From Nemertoderma westbladi (taxonomy: Eukaryota; Animalia; Xenacoelomorpha), in assembly GCA_032718475.1 (NCBI GenBank), contig JAUCBJ010007346.1, forward strand, positions 1-64,000: a stretch of 64,000 bases of DNA. The letters run 5' to 3'. The translations under genes and the position numbers were made by a program. Under the pieces are notes generated by a model. It made no database searches and had not been told where the DNA came from. It saw nothing but the letters and a program-made list of their open reading frames with translations. Positions 1-12,587 of the stretch are shown here, piece after piece. The first letter of the stretch is position 1; each line of letters starts with the position of its first letter.

Positions 1-2615
1 CATGGTATTCAACATTGGCGCATCACTTCTCGGATTAGTGTTGCACTAAAAATGGGAATACCATATATACAAAACCGTAAAATGGCGGAGAAAATCGAGG
101 AATACTTTAAGCAACACAAATCCATGTTAAAGATCAACTATGATAAAAGAACATCAAATAATAGTAAAGTCGAGTGCTATAAAGCTGAGCTCACAGAGAC
201 AGCTGTGTTTTGGCCCCGTACCACGCTCAGGGAATCCGATAAAAACAGAGGAGAGAATAGCCATACAAACTGATATAGACTTCTTAAGAAGCATGATGAC
301 TGACATATTGCAGCAACTTATACTGGGGTTGATCAAGTTTATTCAGAGATAGCTCAAAGTACAGTAGAATTGGTAAGAGAAAGTGGAATACTTCTACAAC
401 TACTGGAGTTGTTAAAACGCCACCATCCAAATGTCTGATCATCGAAGACTCTGAAAGTGAAGAATCACTTGGGGAAGAACTACCAGAGTTTATGGCTTCT
501 ACATCAGATAGTGCTAGTAGAGAAGTCCGTAAATACAGACGAACGAAGAATGGATTAAATATTCATATTCCCCCGGATATTTTAAGCAATAAACTGCTAC
601 AATCAACAGCAATTCGAAACCATACTTCCCCAACTGCCCTGGCAGCAATTGTTAAATCATTGATACCAGCTTGCAACAAGTGTTTATTTGGATGCCACAT
701 AAAGCATTAGATATCGAGTTTTAGCTAGCAAGGAAATTGCAGGGAAAATAATAGAGGAGTTGACTCCTCCATCGATTGGATGCTTACACTGGGACGGAAA
801 ATTTATGAATAATCTTTACTCGAAAAATCAAGTTGTTCGTTTACCAATTTTGGTTTCTGGTGAGTTGATCTTGATACTGAATATTTATCAAAATAATAAT
901 ACTATAAACACTTTCTAAGAAGATAGCACAATTCATATTAATAACATTCAACATTAATAAAATCCTTTCATGATTTATTTTCTTTTAGGTGATGTTGGAG
1001 TAAAACTACTGGGAGTACCAGGACTGCCCAGTAAAAATACAGATAAAGTGGGAGATATAATTCCACGAGCTACAGAAGAATTACTTAACAAGTGGCAAAG
1101 CATAGATTGTATTCGAGCTATGGTATTTGATACCACTGCTTTAAACACAGGTGGGCATTTTTTAATTTGAAAGCTAAACAAATCATTAATAATATTATAT
1201 TGATTACCATTTTGCATCTTTATTACAGTACCACTTGTTATAATCTTCATATTGTTTATATCTTTATAACAGGCCATGAAACTGCAGCTTGCATTGGCAT
1301 TCAGCAAAAGTTAAAGAGGGAACTTCTTTGGTTTCCATGTCCGTCGCCACCACAACAGAGGAGAGGTGATTTTATCACATATATTTGAGGATCTTCATGT
1401 GGAAGTTTCCAAGGGGCCTGAAGTTACAATATTTAGACGGTTTCTGGATAATTATGACAAGTTGACAACTGGAGAACTGACAGATATAGTAGATTTTGTT
1501 GATCTAGGAGACACCAACAGCATTGTTATAGACATTGAGCAAGTTCTTCAGGTAATCTGTGTTACAGGGGTGATTACAAAGAACTGCTGCAAATTACATT
1601 GTTTATGATTTCAGGATCTAACACTAACAGTACTTTTCATTTCACTGATGAAATCACTGCCACCGACATTTCTTTCCACATGCCAGGAGCCTTGCATAAA
1701 GCAAGGTGGATGTCAAAGATATTATATTCCATGAAGATGGTTTTGATGTAAGTGAAGATCGCCAAAGAACTGCCAAAGGGAGCAATCTTTGCATCAGGGC
1801 AACTGGACAAACTCATCCGGTTTGTGAAATTTGCTATTACAATATATATTCCATGGTGGATAGATTGTGGTACACCATCAAATGCCCCTGTTAATGATCT
1901 AAAGCTTCTGCAAGAATTGCAGAATACCCAAATCAGGTCATACAGAGATTAGCATTGAAGGCATTTATGAACCACTTAGGGTACTTGACTGAGGAGTTAT
2001 TACCATTAGCCTTGTGTTCAAACAAGGTATCTGTTTATGAGAAGCAGCGTATAGCTGATAAGATGGTAACCCTAGCAACCACAAACCCATCAATTCATGA
2101 TACATCCACTTATCACTTCACTAAGCGTTTTGGAACCACATATGGGAAACCTAAGATTGCAAATGTGTCAGAAACAAACATACGTAACCTGGAATTATGT
2201 GACTTTGTAGGTGAAGATTCAAGGGGATTCTTTAGTATCATGGGTCTAGAATCTTCATTCATCCAAGTACCTGTTATTTCATGGCCCAGTGACATTTTTT
2301 ATCTGGCATTTCAAAGAGCAGTTGGAGATTTCAGGGTATTAAACGATAGTGCAGAGAGAGGTGTGTAGTTGGCAAGTGATTTCAGTTCAGTTGCAAAGAT
2401 TGAAGAACGTTATATCTATTCTACAGGTTGCTGGAAATGACCGTAAACGTGTGCCCAATCAGCGGAAATCCAAAAGAGCTCCAACAGAAAGAACTTGGTT
2501 CTTAACTCTCTGAACTTCTTAGGAGTTGGTATAGGCATCAAATTTTCAGATTTGATTGAATTGGCATTACTAATAATTAATGACTTATATTATAGATAGT
2601 ATAGCTGTGAGTGAT
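1..2615 (+). pseudogene. Degenerate intron-containing hAT-superfamily (hATm-like) transposase, copy 1 (cut by the window start)
   Basis: Motifs HWDGK (~787-801), RLPILVSG, LLGVP, MVFDTTALNTG, PGALHKARWMSK (~1683-1718) and VLNDSAERGV are spread over several frames with stops and frameshifts. GT-AG introns at ~860-988 and ~1151-1272 join the motifs. Near-identical to 16507-19114. Confidence 0.8.
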
Positions 2616-2856
2616 AAGTACACAAATGTTATTTTGGTTCTAGAACAAACATTATGCACACGATTGCATTAATGGATATTGTAAGCCTGGGGGTGAAGAA
2701 ATTGAAGAGTGGCACGAGGGCGGTACCTCTCTAAGTAGACTTCATTGGGTTTTGTTTAAATGTGGGAAATGTTGAAATCCTGGAAGAAATCACAACGACA
2801 GCACATTATCCACAACCGGTGCAGTACAAACAACATTAACTTGGCCTATTTAACCA

Positions 2857-5741
2857 TAGTCTGGTTCCAAATCCTGCAAATACGCCTAGAAAGTGATGGC
2901 GAAGGCAAATTTGGGTAATGGCTGGCATCCAACGGAAGCTAAATCGAGTGTGCTGATTCCGAATCCGTCTGATGCCAAGCTCAATTGTGAATTTTTGGGT
3001 CCCGTTTCACCATGGCAACAGGTCATTTGCAAAACACCACTTTCTATTGACTCTACAGAATTCTAACCTTGACCTACCCCCCCCTAAACCGGCATCAGAG
3101 AATCAATTGAGGTACATTTTAGAACCCAGTTACCATGGCAACTGTTCGAAATACGTCTTCAAATGTCGTTTTTACTGCAAATTTAGGTGAATTTTTGCAA
3201 ATATCAATAGTTTTCTAAACGATTGCCAAATACGTGTTCCCCTTGGGCTAAAATCATGAAACATTCCAAATATATTGTCAATATGACCCTCTATATTTTT
3301 AATGGTGGCGCCATAAAAATGGATTAGCAGTTGCCATGTATCCATGGAAACTAGCAAAAAATACCTTGTGCAATGTTTCATCACTTTTCATATAGTTACT
3401 ATCAGTTTAAAAAGAAATCCATTTAGGGTCAATTACCTTACATGTTCATAACCCAAGACAATTATTACTCGACGCAGCAGGTCTTTTCTTATTACCATAG
3501 CAACGGGAAACATTTTGTAATATGTAGAATATCGGTCAGAAACATGTCATATGTATTTCAGATTCATATCAATATGTTGTATAGTCAACATTCACGATCA
3601 CAAGCAAAGTCATTCTTCTATTGTTACCATAGCAACGGGCATATTTTATTATTTATGTATTTCCAATATCGTTTTGTTATTTTATTCGCCTTAGAGGTTA
3701 ATAATTTAAGGATTTTTGATAATTAAAAGTATATGGGGTCTTCTGTAGTTATTCTATTTGACAAAGTCATGTTTTATGGTCATAGCAACGGGAGTTTTCC
3801 TCCTAATACTGGAATAACTGTTGGGTTTCCCAAAATTTTTTAAATAGTGCAGTTCAGTCAAATTTTAAAATATGGGACGTATACCAAATCACTAAAATAT
3901 ATTTGAATTTACTTTATGTTCTTAGCAACGAAAGTTTATCATAGCAACCGGGGGGTTTTTCATAAGAACATTGGGTTTTTCATAGCATTAACATGTTTTT
4001 TGCATAGGTTTTATATAAGAGAAGAAAGTTATCTGTAGTGATGGCATGTTTTGCATAACAATGATAATTTTTGCATAGCAACGGCTACTTTAGCTTAGCA
4101 ACGACGTGTTTTCATTGTAACAGCGGTCTTTTCACAACAAAACGGATTGTTTTTACATGGTAACAACTAGTTTTCAGCAACAATGAGTTTAGTGCATAGT
4201 AACAGTAGCGGCATATTGAAACCCCCCACATTACACAACCCTCATTGTTGCTATAGAAAACTTGTCACAAGGTGGTGTTACTACTTGGGATTCCTTGAAA
4301 ACTAGTTGTCACCATGTAAAAAGAATCCGTTGCTAAGGTAACGTAAAGTCGTCATTACTATACAAACGTCGCCGTTGTTACGGATAAACTTACCGTTGCT
4401 ATGGAAAAAAAATATATAGTTGATTGCCACTGTAAAACTCACCTTTTATGTACTGTATAAAATATGTTATTGTTGTGAAAAGACCGCTGTTACAATGAAA
4501 ACACGTCGTTGCTAAGCTAAAGTAGCCGTTGCTATGCAAAAATTATCATTGTTATGCAAAACATGCCATCACTACAGATAACTTGCTTCTCTTATATAAA
4601 ACCTATACAAAAAACATTTAATGCTATGAAAAACCCAATGTTCTTATGAAAAACCCCAAGGTTGCTATGGTAAACTTTCGTTGCTAAGAACATAAAGTAA
4701 ATTCAAATATATTTTAGTGATTTGGTATACGTCCCATATTTTAAAATTTGACTGAACTGCACTATTGAAAAAATTTTGGGAAACCCAACAGTTATTCCAG
4801 TATTAGGAGGAAAACTCCCGTTGCTATGACCATAAAACATGACTTTGTCAAATAGAATAACTACAGAAGACCCCATATACTTTTAATTGTCAGAAATCCT
4901 TAAATTATTAACCTCTAAGGCGAATAAAATAACAAAACGATATTGGAAATACATAAATAATAAAATATGCCCGTTGCTATGGTAACAATAGAAGAATGAC
5001 TTTGCTTGTGATCGTGAATGTTGACTATACAACATATTGATATGAATCTGAAATCATATGACATGTTTCTGACCGATATTCTACATATTACAAAATGTTT
5101 CCCGTTGCTATGGTAATAAGAAAAGACCTGCTGCGTCGAGTAATAATTGTCTTGGGTTATGAACATGTAAGGTAATTGACCCTAAATGGATTTCTTTTTA
5201 AACTGATAGTAACTATATGAAAAGTGATGAAACATTGCACAAGGTTATTTTTTGCTAGTTTCCATGGATACATGGCAACTGCTAATCCATTTTTATGGCG
5301 CCACCATTAAAAATATAGAGGGTCATATTGACAATATATTTGGAATGTTTCATGATTTTAGCCCAAGGGGAACACGTATTTAGCAATCGTTTAGAAAACT
5401 ATTGATATTTGCAAAAATTTACCTAAATTTGCAGTAAAAACGACATTTGAAGACGTATTTCGAACAGTTGCCATGGTAACTGGGTTCTAAAAAGTACCTC
5501 AATAGATTCTCTGATGCCGGTTTAGGGGGTAGGTCAAGGTTAGAATTCTGTAGAGTCAATAGAAAGTGGTGTTTTGCAAATGATCTCCTGTTTCCATGGT
5601 GAAACGGGACCCAAAATTAATTGCATTGGCATCAGACGGATTCGGAATCAGCACACTCGATTTAGCTTAAAACCGTTGGATGCCAGCCATTACCCAAATT
5701 TGCCTTCGCCATCATTATTTCGGCAAAAAGGAACCAGACTA
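2857..5741. mobile_element. ~2.9 kb palindromic (foldback) non-autonomous DNA transposon, Academ-like
   Basis: Termini TAGTCTGGTTCC (2857) and GGAACCAGACTA (5741), flanked by a 3-bp CCA duplication. Arms ~2890-4140 and ~4470-5715 are near-perfect reverse complements; the ORFs at 3442+ and 5166- mirror each other. No coding capacity. Superfamily inferred only from TAG..CTA ends and the 3-bp TSD. Confidence 0.8.
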
Positions 5742-5796
5742 CCATGGTGATTTGTCTAATTGGACGCAAGTTTTTTATGGTATTTGGGATCTGTGG

Positions 5797-6000
5797 GGCG
5801 AGCCACGAAGTGAGTGAGCCTTAGCGTAGTGGTACCATTAATCAACCTGTCGTTCTGTCGTTCTGTCGTTCTGTCGTGTTCAATTTTAAACGTTAATAAC
5901 TCGGCCAATCTTTGATGAAATCTATCCAAACTTGGTACACATGTTGTTTGGCAAAAGTTTAGAAATTTTCCAAGTAGAATTTCCGTGTGGCCTTCGAGAA
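5797..6000 (+). mobile_element. Possible Helentron/HINE-type non-autonomous element fragment
   Basis: (CTGTCGTT)x3-4 microsatellite at ~5847-5877 after GCGAGCCACGAAGTGAGTGAGC and before AAACTTGGTACACATG, a layout typical of DINE/HINE-like repeats. Confidence 0.35.
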
Positions 6001-6803
6001 GCTAAGATAATAGCAGTTAATTAGTTAATTAAGTTGATTGCGGTGAAAACGCCATTTTCAACCTGCCTTTTAAAGGAAATTAATTGTTTTACAGTATAAG
6101 ATTTAAATAATTATACTTAAAAATTATACAGATATAATCCCCATACGCCATTCTATTATAGTTTTTAATTAGTTTAAGTGATTTGCTTTAATAAATGTGT
6201 CTTTAATTGATCTAAACGTAATTAAACCGCACAATTATTGAGTACAAATTTAATCCTTCCCATTATTGGTCAAGTCTCTGCTGGTGTGGAGCTAGCTGCT
6301 GGGAGTTGTGGCTGTAGACTAACCTGAGAGGAATTGTAATAGAGGCAACCAGTATTGCTATTCCAGCCCAATCACTGAATTGTGTTTATTATAGGCTGGA
6401 CGGGCCGCATAACCGTTCGACTATTACTACTATTGCTATCTCAGTTAAATGACAGATATAATAACATAAATACAATCCATGGCATGGCTGTTGTAGGCTT
6501 CTGAAATAGTTTATTCCACAATGTATATGTCTGGTTATTTTTTAATTGAATTTTTGCAAAGTAGTAAAATTAATGTTCTTAAAAATAATATTATTATTTT
6601 ATATGTAACCTAGGAAATTAGCTACATTTTTTCGCTGCAGCTTTAAGAGTGTACATTGATTTAATATTATTTCAATACCCATATTACTACATCGGCATAA
6701 GATGCGTTGGCGTTGTATCACACATCTCCACATATCACACATCTCCACATAGATGTATCAACAGTTACTCGCACAGTTTCGAAACTTCGCATAGTTATAA
6801 CTG

Positions 6804-7094
6804 TATAAAGATCGTCAGTCTGCGTTTAGGAAAAATATTTTATGACAAAACAGGACAAGCGACGAGCGCAACGAGGCATATAATGAAGACGAGTACTGCG
6901 TTGACTAAATTATTATATAAACCACCTGGCTTCACATATTGATCGCATCCCTAGTTATTATTATTATAAAGATCGTCCTAGCTTGAGTTTAAGAAATATA
7001 TTTAAATACAAAACAGGACGAACGCAAAGAGGCTTATAATGAAAACGAGTACTGCGTTTATTATATTCCTATAAACCACCTGGCTTTGCATATT
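6804..7094 (+). repeat. Diverged ~135-bp direct duplication
   Basis: ATAAAGATCGTC...AAAACAGGAC...ATAATGAA.ACGAGTACTGCGTT...TATAAACCACCTGGCTT occurs at ~6804-6940 and ~6966-7094. Confidence 0.75.
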
Positions 7095-7854
7095 TAACGT
7101 GCGATTGGAAATAAGTTCGTGCTACCCTTCCGTGGGTGGTAGATGTCGCGGTTATGTATTGGTGGTTGGGAAGGGTGGGGGGGGGGGGGGGGGAGATTAA
7201 AACGGGTGAACACGTACTGTCCACCTTTCTTTGATTGATTGGTGGAGTGGGTATATTTCTCAAAACCTGATTTTGTGATACAGTCGCTGCATTTTAATTT
7301 GTATATAATAACTAGGCCTCGTGCTGCGCGAAGTCCCCACGAACGTGTTATTACAGTTTGCTTTTTAATCGTTTTAATCCAATGTGGTATCTGGAAATAT
7401 TGATTTTGTAAATAAGGAACTTGGGTTATGTTATTTGGATTCAATCGAATTTAGATTTAGAATTAACATTTCTTGCAACTAATAATAATATAATAATACT
7501 GAGTACAGCTGCAATATCCCATATCTGCCATTGCTGGCTGTCCTATTAAACAAGTTGTTACCTATACACGATTCCATGTCAACACGTAGAAATAGTCAAC
7601 ACTTCGAAATTAATTTAGTGCTCAGCTCATGTCAACACTTCGAAATAATAATATTAATAATAATAAAAACGAAAACGAAAACTAAGTTTTGTATATATTT
7701 TTGTTGCCATTTAATTATAATGTACGTATATTAATATTAAATTAAATTAAAGCGGATAAAATTAAAGCCAGTGAGATATGTTTCATGAGCCACTGTGTTA
7801 GGATCTAGTATTATAACTTTTTGTTGGGCACAACTTTTTGCAAAGTCGGCAATG

Positions 7855-7927
7855 ACCTCAAGGTGGGATCGAACTGGTGACCCCCGGGTTGGAAGTCTGA
7901 CGCTCTAACCATTCAGCTAGCGGCTCA
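7855..7927 (-). mobile_element. tRNA-derived SINE head or tRNA pseudogene
   Basis: Minus strand reads TAGCTGAATGGTTAGAGCG (A box)...CTTCCAA...AGTTCGATCCC (B box). Stems do not pair. A related copy lies at ~27018-27085. Confidence 0.6.
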
Positions 7928-8239
7928 GGTAAAATTTAGACCTGGAAATACTATCTGATACCTTGTATGTCCGCAATTTACCTCCTCATGGCCTCCCAAC
8001 TGTCAATAACATCATATGCTGCCACTGTACTCAACCCTATCGTACTTGGCCGTCTTTAACCACTCGCTACAATGAAATGGTAGTGTATATTAACCATGAA
8101 CCATCACGGCCACAATGATTAATTAAACACTCTAGCTACTAATTTAGGTAGGACAGCTACATATACCAATAAACCTAATATATATAATATACATATACCA
8201 CTAATCTACCAATAATAAATAAAGGATCTAGATAAAGGA

Positions 8240-9560
8240 TGTTTGAGCGTTGATTTCATCCAGCAGTGACTTACCACTGCACTGTCTCCGGCGTACTACA
8301 GCGTAGTAGGTACTGTTAGGTCTGCTAAGGCGCAGAATGAGTCCCGCCGACTCGGGCATACGAGGACAGCCAAGGATGCAATTAAGGCTGCACCAAGGTG
8401 CCTTAACAGGCAGTACTCTGAAAATCTGAAGGAGCTTATCAATAAGCAGGTTGATGCCATTAACAATGCTGATGATAGCAGGCAATCAGCCCAGGCATGG
8501 CAATCAATAAACCTGCTCACTGGTAGGAAAAGCTAACCAACCACCAAGGTTAAGGCTAAATCTCCAGCTGAACGACTCAAAGGTTGGAAGGATCAGTTTG
8601 AGAAGCTTCTAAACAATGACAAGGTATTGCCTGATAACTTTGAACCGCATCATGCATGTATCTGAGTCTGTGCTCACAGATATCCCCATTGGTGACATCT
8701 CCTTTGCTGACAGTAAGATTGTAGCCAGGAGCATCAAGACCAATCGTGCCAGTGGAGTAGATGGCGTGCCCCCTGAGGTCTTTAAAATTCCTGAGTGTTT
8801 GGAGCTCATTCGCCCCATTATTCTGGACATGTATAAGACAAAGACTTTTTTTTCACTTAGAGTTGAAGAGTTATCAATAAAGAAAGACAGACAACTGGTT
8901 ATTATCTTTGTTGACTTCTTTAAAAACATTGACTCAGTATCCCGACTACGTATGTTCAGCATACTGGCATCATATGGGATTCCTGAGGAAATTATTGCAG
9001 TTATCAGATAACTGTACAATGGTTCCACCACATTTGTGTCTACTACTGACGGTGATACATATCCATTAGAAGTATCCTTCAGGGTGACACACTTGCACCA
9101 TTCTTATTCGTAATTGTGGTTTATTATATTCTACGCAAGCCCTTAGACCATCTTAATAATGATGGGGTGATGATGGTAACACCCCCTACTGGCACAGGAA
9201 GTAGAGTAAATCCAGCAAAGTACCTTACTGATCTAGACTTCGTTGATGACTTAGGGGTACTGTTAGAATCACTAGAGGGAGCGCAAAGCGCTCCTCTTTC
9301 TGCTCATTGGAGCAGGTTGCTTCTAGTGTTGGTCTTTTTGTAAATTCCAATAAAACCAAAATCATGACAGTCAACCTAGACAGCCCTCAAGAAATGTCTG
9401 ATCGTAAGGGCATAAGCTCTAAGGATGGCTTTCTTGAGCACGTGGATGACTTCTGCTACTTGGGATTCATGGATCACAAAGTCAGGTGAAGACCTTCGAA
9501 TACGTAAGGGGTAGGCATGGGTAGCGTTAAATAGTCTGCCCAGGATTTGGAAGTCCTATA
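8240..9560 (+). mobile_element. Decayed RTE-group non-LTR retrotransposon fragment (RT domain)
   Basis: ORF pieces ASGVDGVPPE, VIIFVDFFK, YGIP, LDFVDD and FCYLG are homologous to the cleaner copy at 10144-11448. Internal deletion and frameshifts. Confidence 0.85.
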
Positions 9561-10143
9561 GCAGTAGTAGAAGAAACGGGTCTCTCCATGCTCTTCTCTC
9601 CATAGCTTATCAAAGCAGAATTTTGAAAGGATTTTCATAGTCCTCCCTCCAATCAGGATGCGTTACGCAACGATCCCAAGGACCCTATTTTATGATTCAC
9701 TAACCTTAACTTCCCCAAATTCTCGGTGCGAGTCCTCGTCCTCCCAACAAATCCACGACGTTCCCATTTCCTTCAACAATCCTATCCTCGCGTGGTATTT
9801 TCCCTCAAAGCTATCATCGTAGCATCAGACTTTCACGTTTCCTTTAACCAAGCTTATCCTCGCGTGGTATTTCCCCTCAAAGTTATCATCGTGGCGTTAA
9901 TTTCCATCTGCTACCGCTCTAGTGAATTATACATACTGTAGTCGTATACTGTACTTTTCTGTCTTTATACTGTACATTACATACTAAGCAAAGAATCGAA
10001 CGATTGTACACGTATTTCCAACTACGTAGGCCTATCATGCCACATTCCTTTTTTTTCAAACCTTGCTACGTATCGTTGTTGCTCAAGGTGTTCTATTCAG
10101 AAAATATCTAATTCATTACTTTAATCACAATCAATCACTTATA

Positions 10144-11448
10144 CTACTACTAGTATCGGCATGCTGCATTGCAGCTGCATTTTTAAGAATGCTGTGCCGG
10201 CTTGTCGACAAAATTGCGCCGCCACAACTCCCTATCACCCATGACATTGCTAGATCATCCGCATCTTCAAGGCCAGTGTCCTTTAAGATGCGTCTCAAGA
10301 AAGTCATGGGCTGTCCACCATGCTTATTCACTCCATGAGGCTGCCAAAGTACAAGATTATGCACTGGCTGGTCCTCACGGCGAAAGCAATGTCCTGCAAA
10401 GCGGAGGCGATTTTGTTCTAGTGTCAAGCTTGGGGGAACCAATGAGACACCTCTAATGTTATATAGTGTCTGGTTGGAGATGTGTGCATTGTACTTGACA
10501 CAATGAACCCGGCGTAGCATTCTTGTGAATGTGCCATCCAGAGATTTGGTGTCCTCAGCAGTTAGAGCCCAGCATGGACTCCCATATAGGAGTACTGGAA
10601 CTACTGCTGCTCTAAATAATCGGACCTTAAGTTTCCGATTAATTCTCGGTGACTTCCAAATCCTGGAAAGCCTATTCAAGGCTGCCCATGCCTTTCCCTT
10701 ACGTATTCGAAGGTCCTCACCTGACTTCCGGATCCATGATCCCAGGTAACAGAAATCGTCCACATGCTCAAGCATACCATCCTTTGAGCTTATGCTCATC
10801 CGATCAGAGACTTGCTGAGAACTTTCAGAGTTAACTGTCAAAATTTTGGTCTTTCTGGAGTTAATAAAAAGACCAACACTAGAAGCAGCATGTTCTAATG
10901 AGCTGAGGAGCCGTTGGGCTCCCTCTAGTGATTCTGAGAGTACTCCTAAGTCATCAGCAAAGTCTAGATCAGTTAGGTACTTGGCAGGATTACCTCGACT
11001 TCTGGAGCCAGTAGGTGGAGTTATCATCACCCCATCATCATTATGATGATCTAAGGACATGCGTAGAACATAGTCAACCACAATTATGAACAAGAATGGT
11101 GCAAGTGTGTCTCCCTGGAGGACGCCCCATAACACTTCAAATGGTTCTGTGTCACCATCAACAGTAGACACAAATGTTGTCGAACCATCGTATACTGATC
11201 TGATTGCTGCAATAATTTCATTAGGAATCCCATATAATGAAAGTATGCTGAACATACGTGAGCGGGAGACTGAATCAAAGGCCTTGAAGAAGTCAACAAA
11301 GATAACAACCAGATGCCTGTCTTCCTTTTTTGATAACTCTTCAATTATCCTTCTAAGTGCCAAAATGGGCTCCATGGTCCCACGACCTTTACGGAACCCA
11401 TTCTGATTTCCACGGAGCAGTCTCTCAATGGGATCCCTGATGCGATTT
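10144..11448 (-). mobile_element. 5'-truncated RTE-group (possibly Proto2-like) LINE with 15-bp TSD
   Basis: 414-aa ORF with FVDFFKAFDSV, GVLQGDTLAPFLF, LDFADD and YLGSWI. Short (TAG)n 3' tail. TSD AATCAATCACTTATA at 10129-10143 and 11449-11463. Confidence 0.92.
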
Positions 11449-11994
11449 AATCAATCACTTATAATATTTTTATTTTAAAAGTTTTCACTTTTTATTATTA
11501 TTTAATTTATTTTTTTACTTTGATTTATATTAAAAAATATTAAATAATGTTTTCTGATATGGATATGCCAATAGTAAGACATTCATTTTTTACAGCAGGT
11601 GTGCTTGCATTATTATTGATTATACTATTTCTCACCGAGGAGATGATAATCATAAAATAGATGTTTCTGAAAAAGCGAGAAAAGTTTTAAGTACAATTGA
11701 TATTGAGGCTTCAGAAAATTCCAATCATCTCTTAGATTACACCCTAAAAGGTGATGATGGAAAATTAGAATCAATTTTAAGTTTATCAATGATAGACGAG
11801 TTAATTGTTATTACGCAATACAACGATAGAGGATAAAAGTTGGAAGTAAAATTCGATCGGGACAATCCCTATGATATCATGTATTTCTTTATAGTAATGA
11901 TTTCGAAAGAATCCTTCGTCGAGCCAGAAGAATCTGTCGATGATGTTTTCGTATTGTATAAATATTTCGGATCGTAATTGTATTGTCAATAATG

Positions 11995-12070
11995 TATTTC
12001 GAAGTGTTGACTATTTCGAAGTATTGACTATTTCGAAGTCTTGACTATTTCGAAGTGTTGACCATAAACC
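11995..12070. repeat. 17-bp tandem repeat x4 (TATTTCGAAGTGTTGAC), probable transposon subterminal repeat
   Basis: Four units visible. Reverse-complement units (GTCAACACTTCGAAAT) occur at ~7577-7650. Confidence 0.7.
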
Positions 12071-12587
12071 CTATACAGTATTATCATAAACTTGGTTTGG
12101 GAGAGCTGATACCAACACGATAACGAAACTGGTGCCAGTTACCAAACTCACCCTACTATATTAGATTGGAACCAACAACCGCAAGTAAAATAAAGTTAAA
12201 TATATTGTTTTGGTTAGAAAACACTTTCTGATCCTTTCCCTTAATGTTTTAAGTTAAATTAATTTTTAATCCCACTAAAATGTTATTTTGTTTACTGTCA
12301 TTTAGCGCCACTAACTGAGCGAGAGACACAGCATATTGACGAAATTTGCGATTAATATCTCGTCAACGCGAATTAACAATGTTAAATTCAGTATAGTATA
12401 TTAGCACTTTAATCAAGGCCCTTGTAAGTACACTCAACTGCAGATACTCGTCCTGACTGTGAATAGTCCTACTCACTCCCACGCAATATTGTCTTCTTTG
12501 TTTGCACAACAATAATTACCGTATACATATTATACCCTCCTATTGTACAACAACCACTACCTATAATTACTGAGTCAATTATATAGT

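Noticed and set aside
3442-5166. Twin ORFs MFITQDNYY... on opposite strands (also MSDLIIY... at 24991 and 26602)
   Set aside because: Chance ORFs mirrored by transposon inverted arms, with no protein-like features.
7855-7927. Functional tRNA genes here and at 25372, 26110, 27018 and 34495
   Set aside because: A and B boxes are present but acceptor, anticodon and T stems do not pair, so they are treated as SINE heads or pseudogenes. tRNAscan-SE would settle it.
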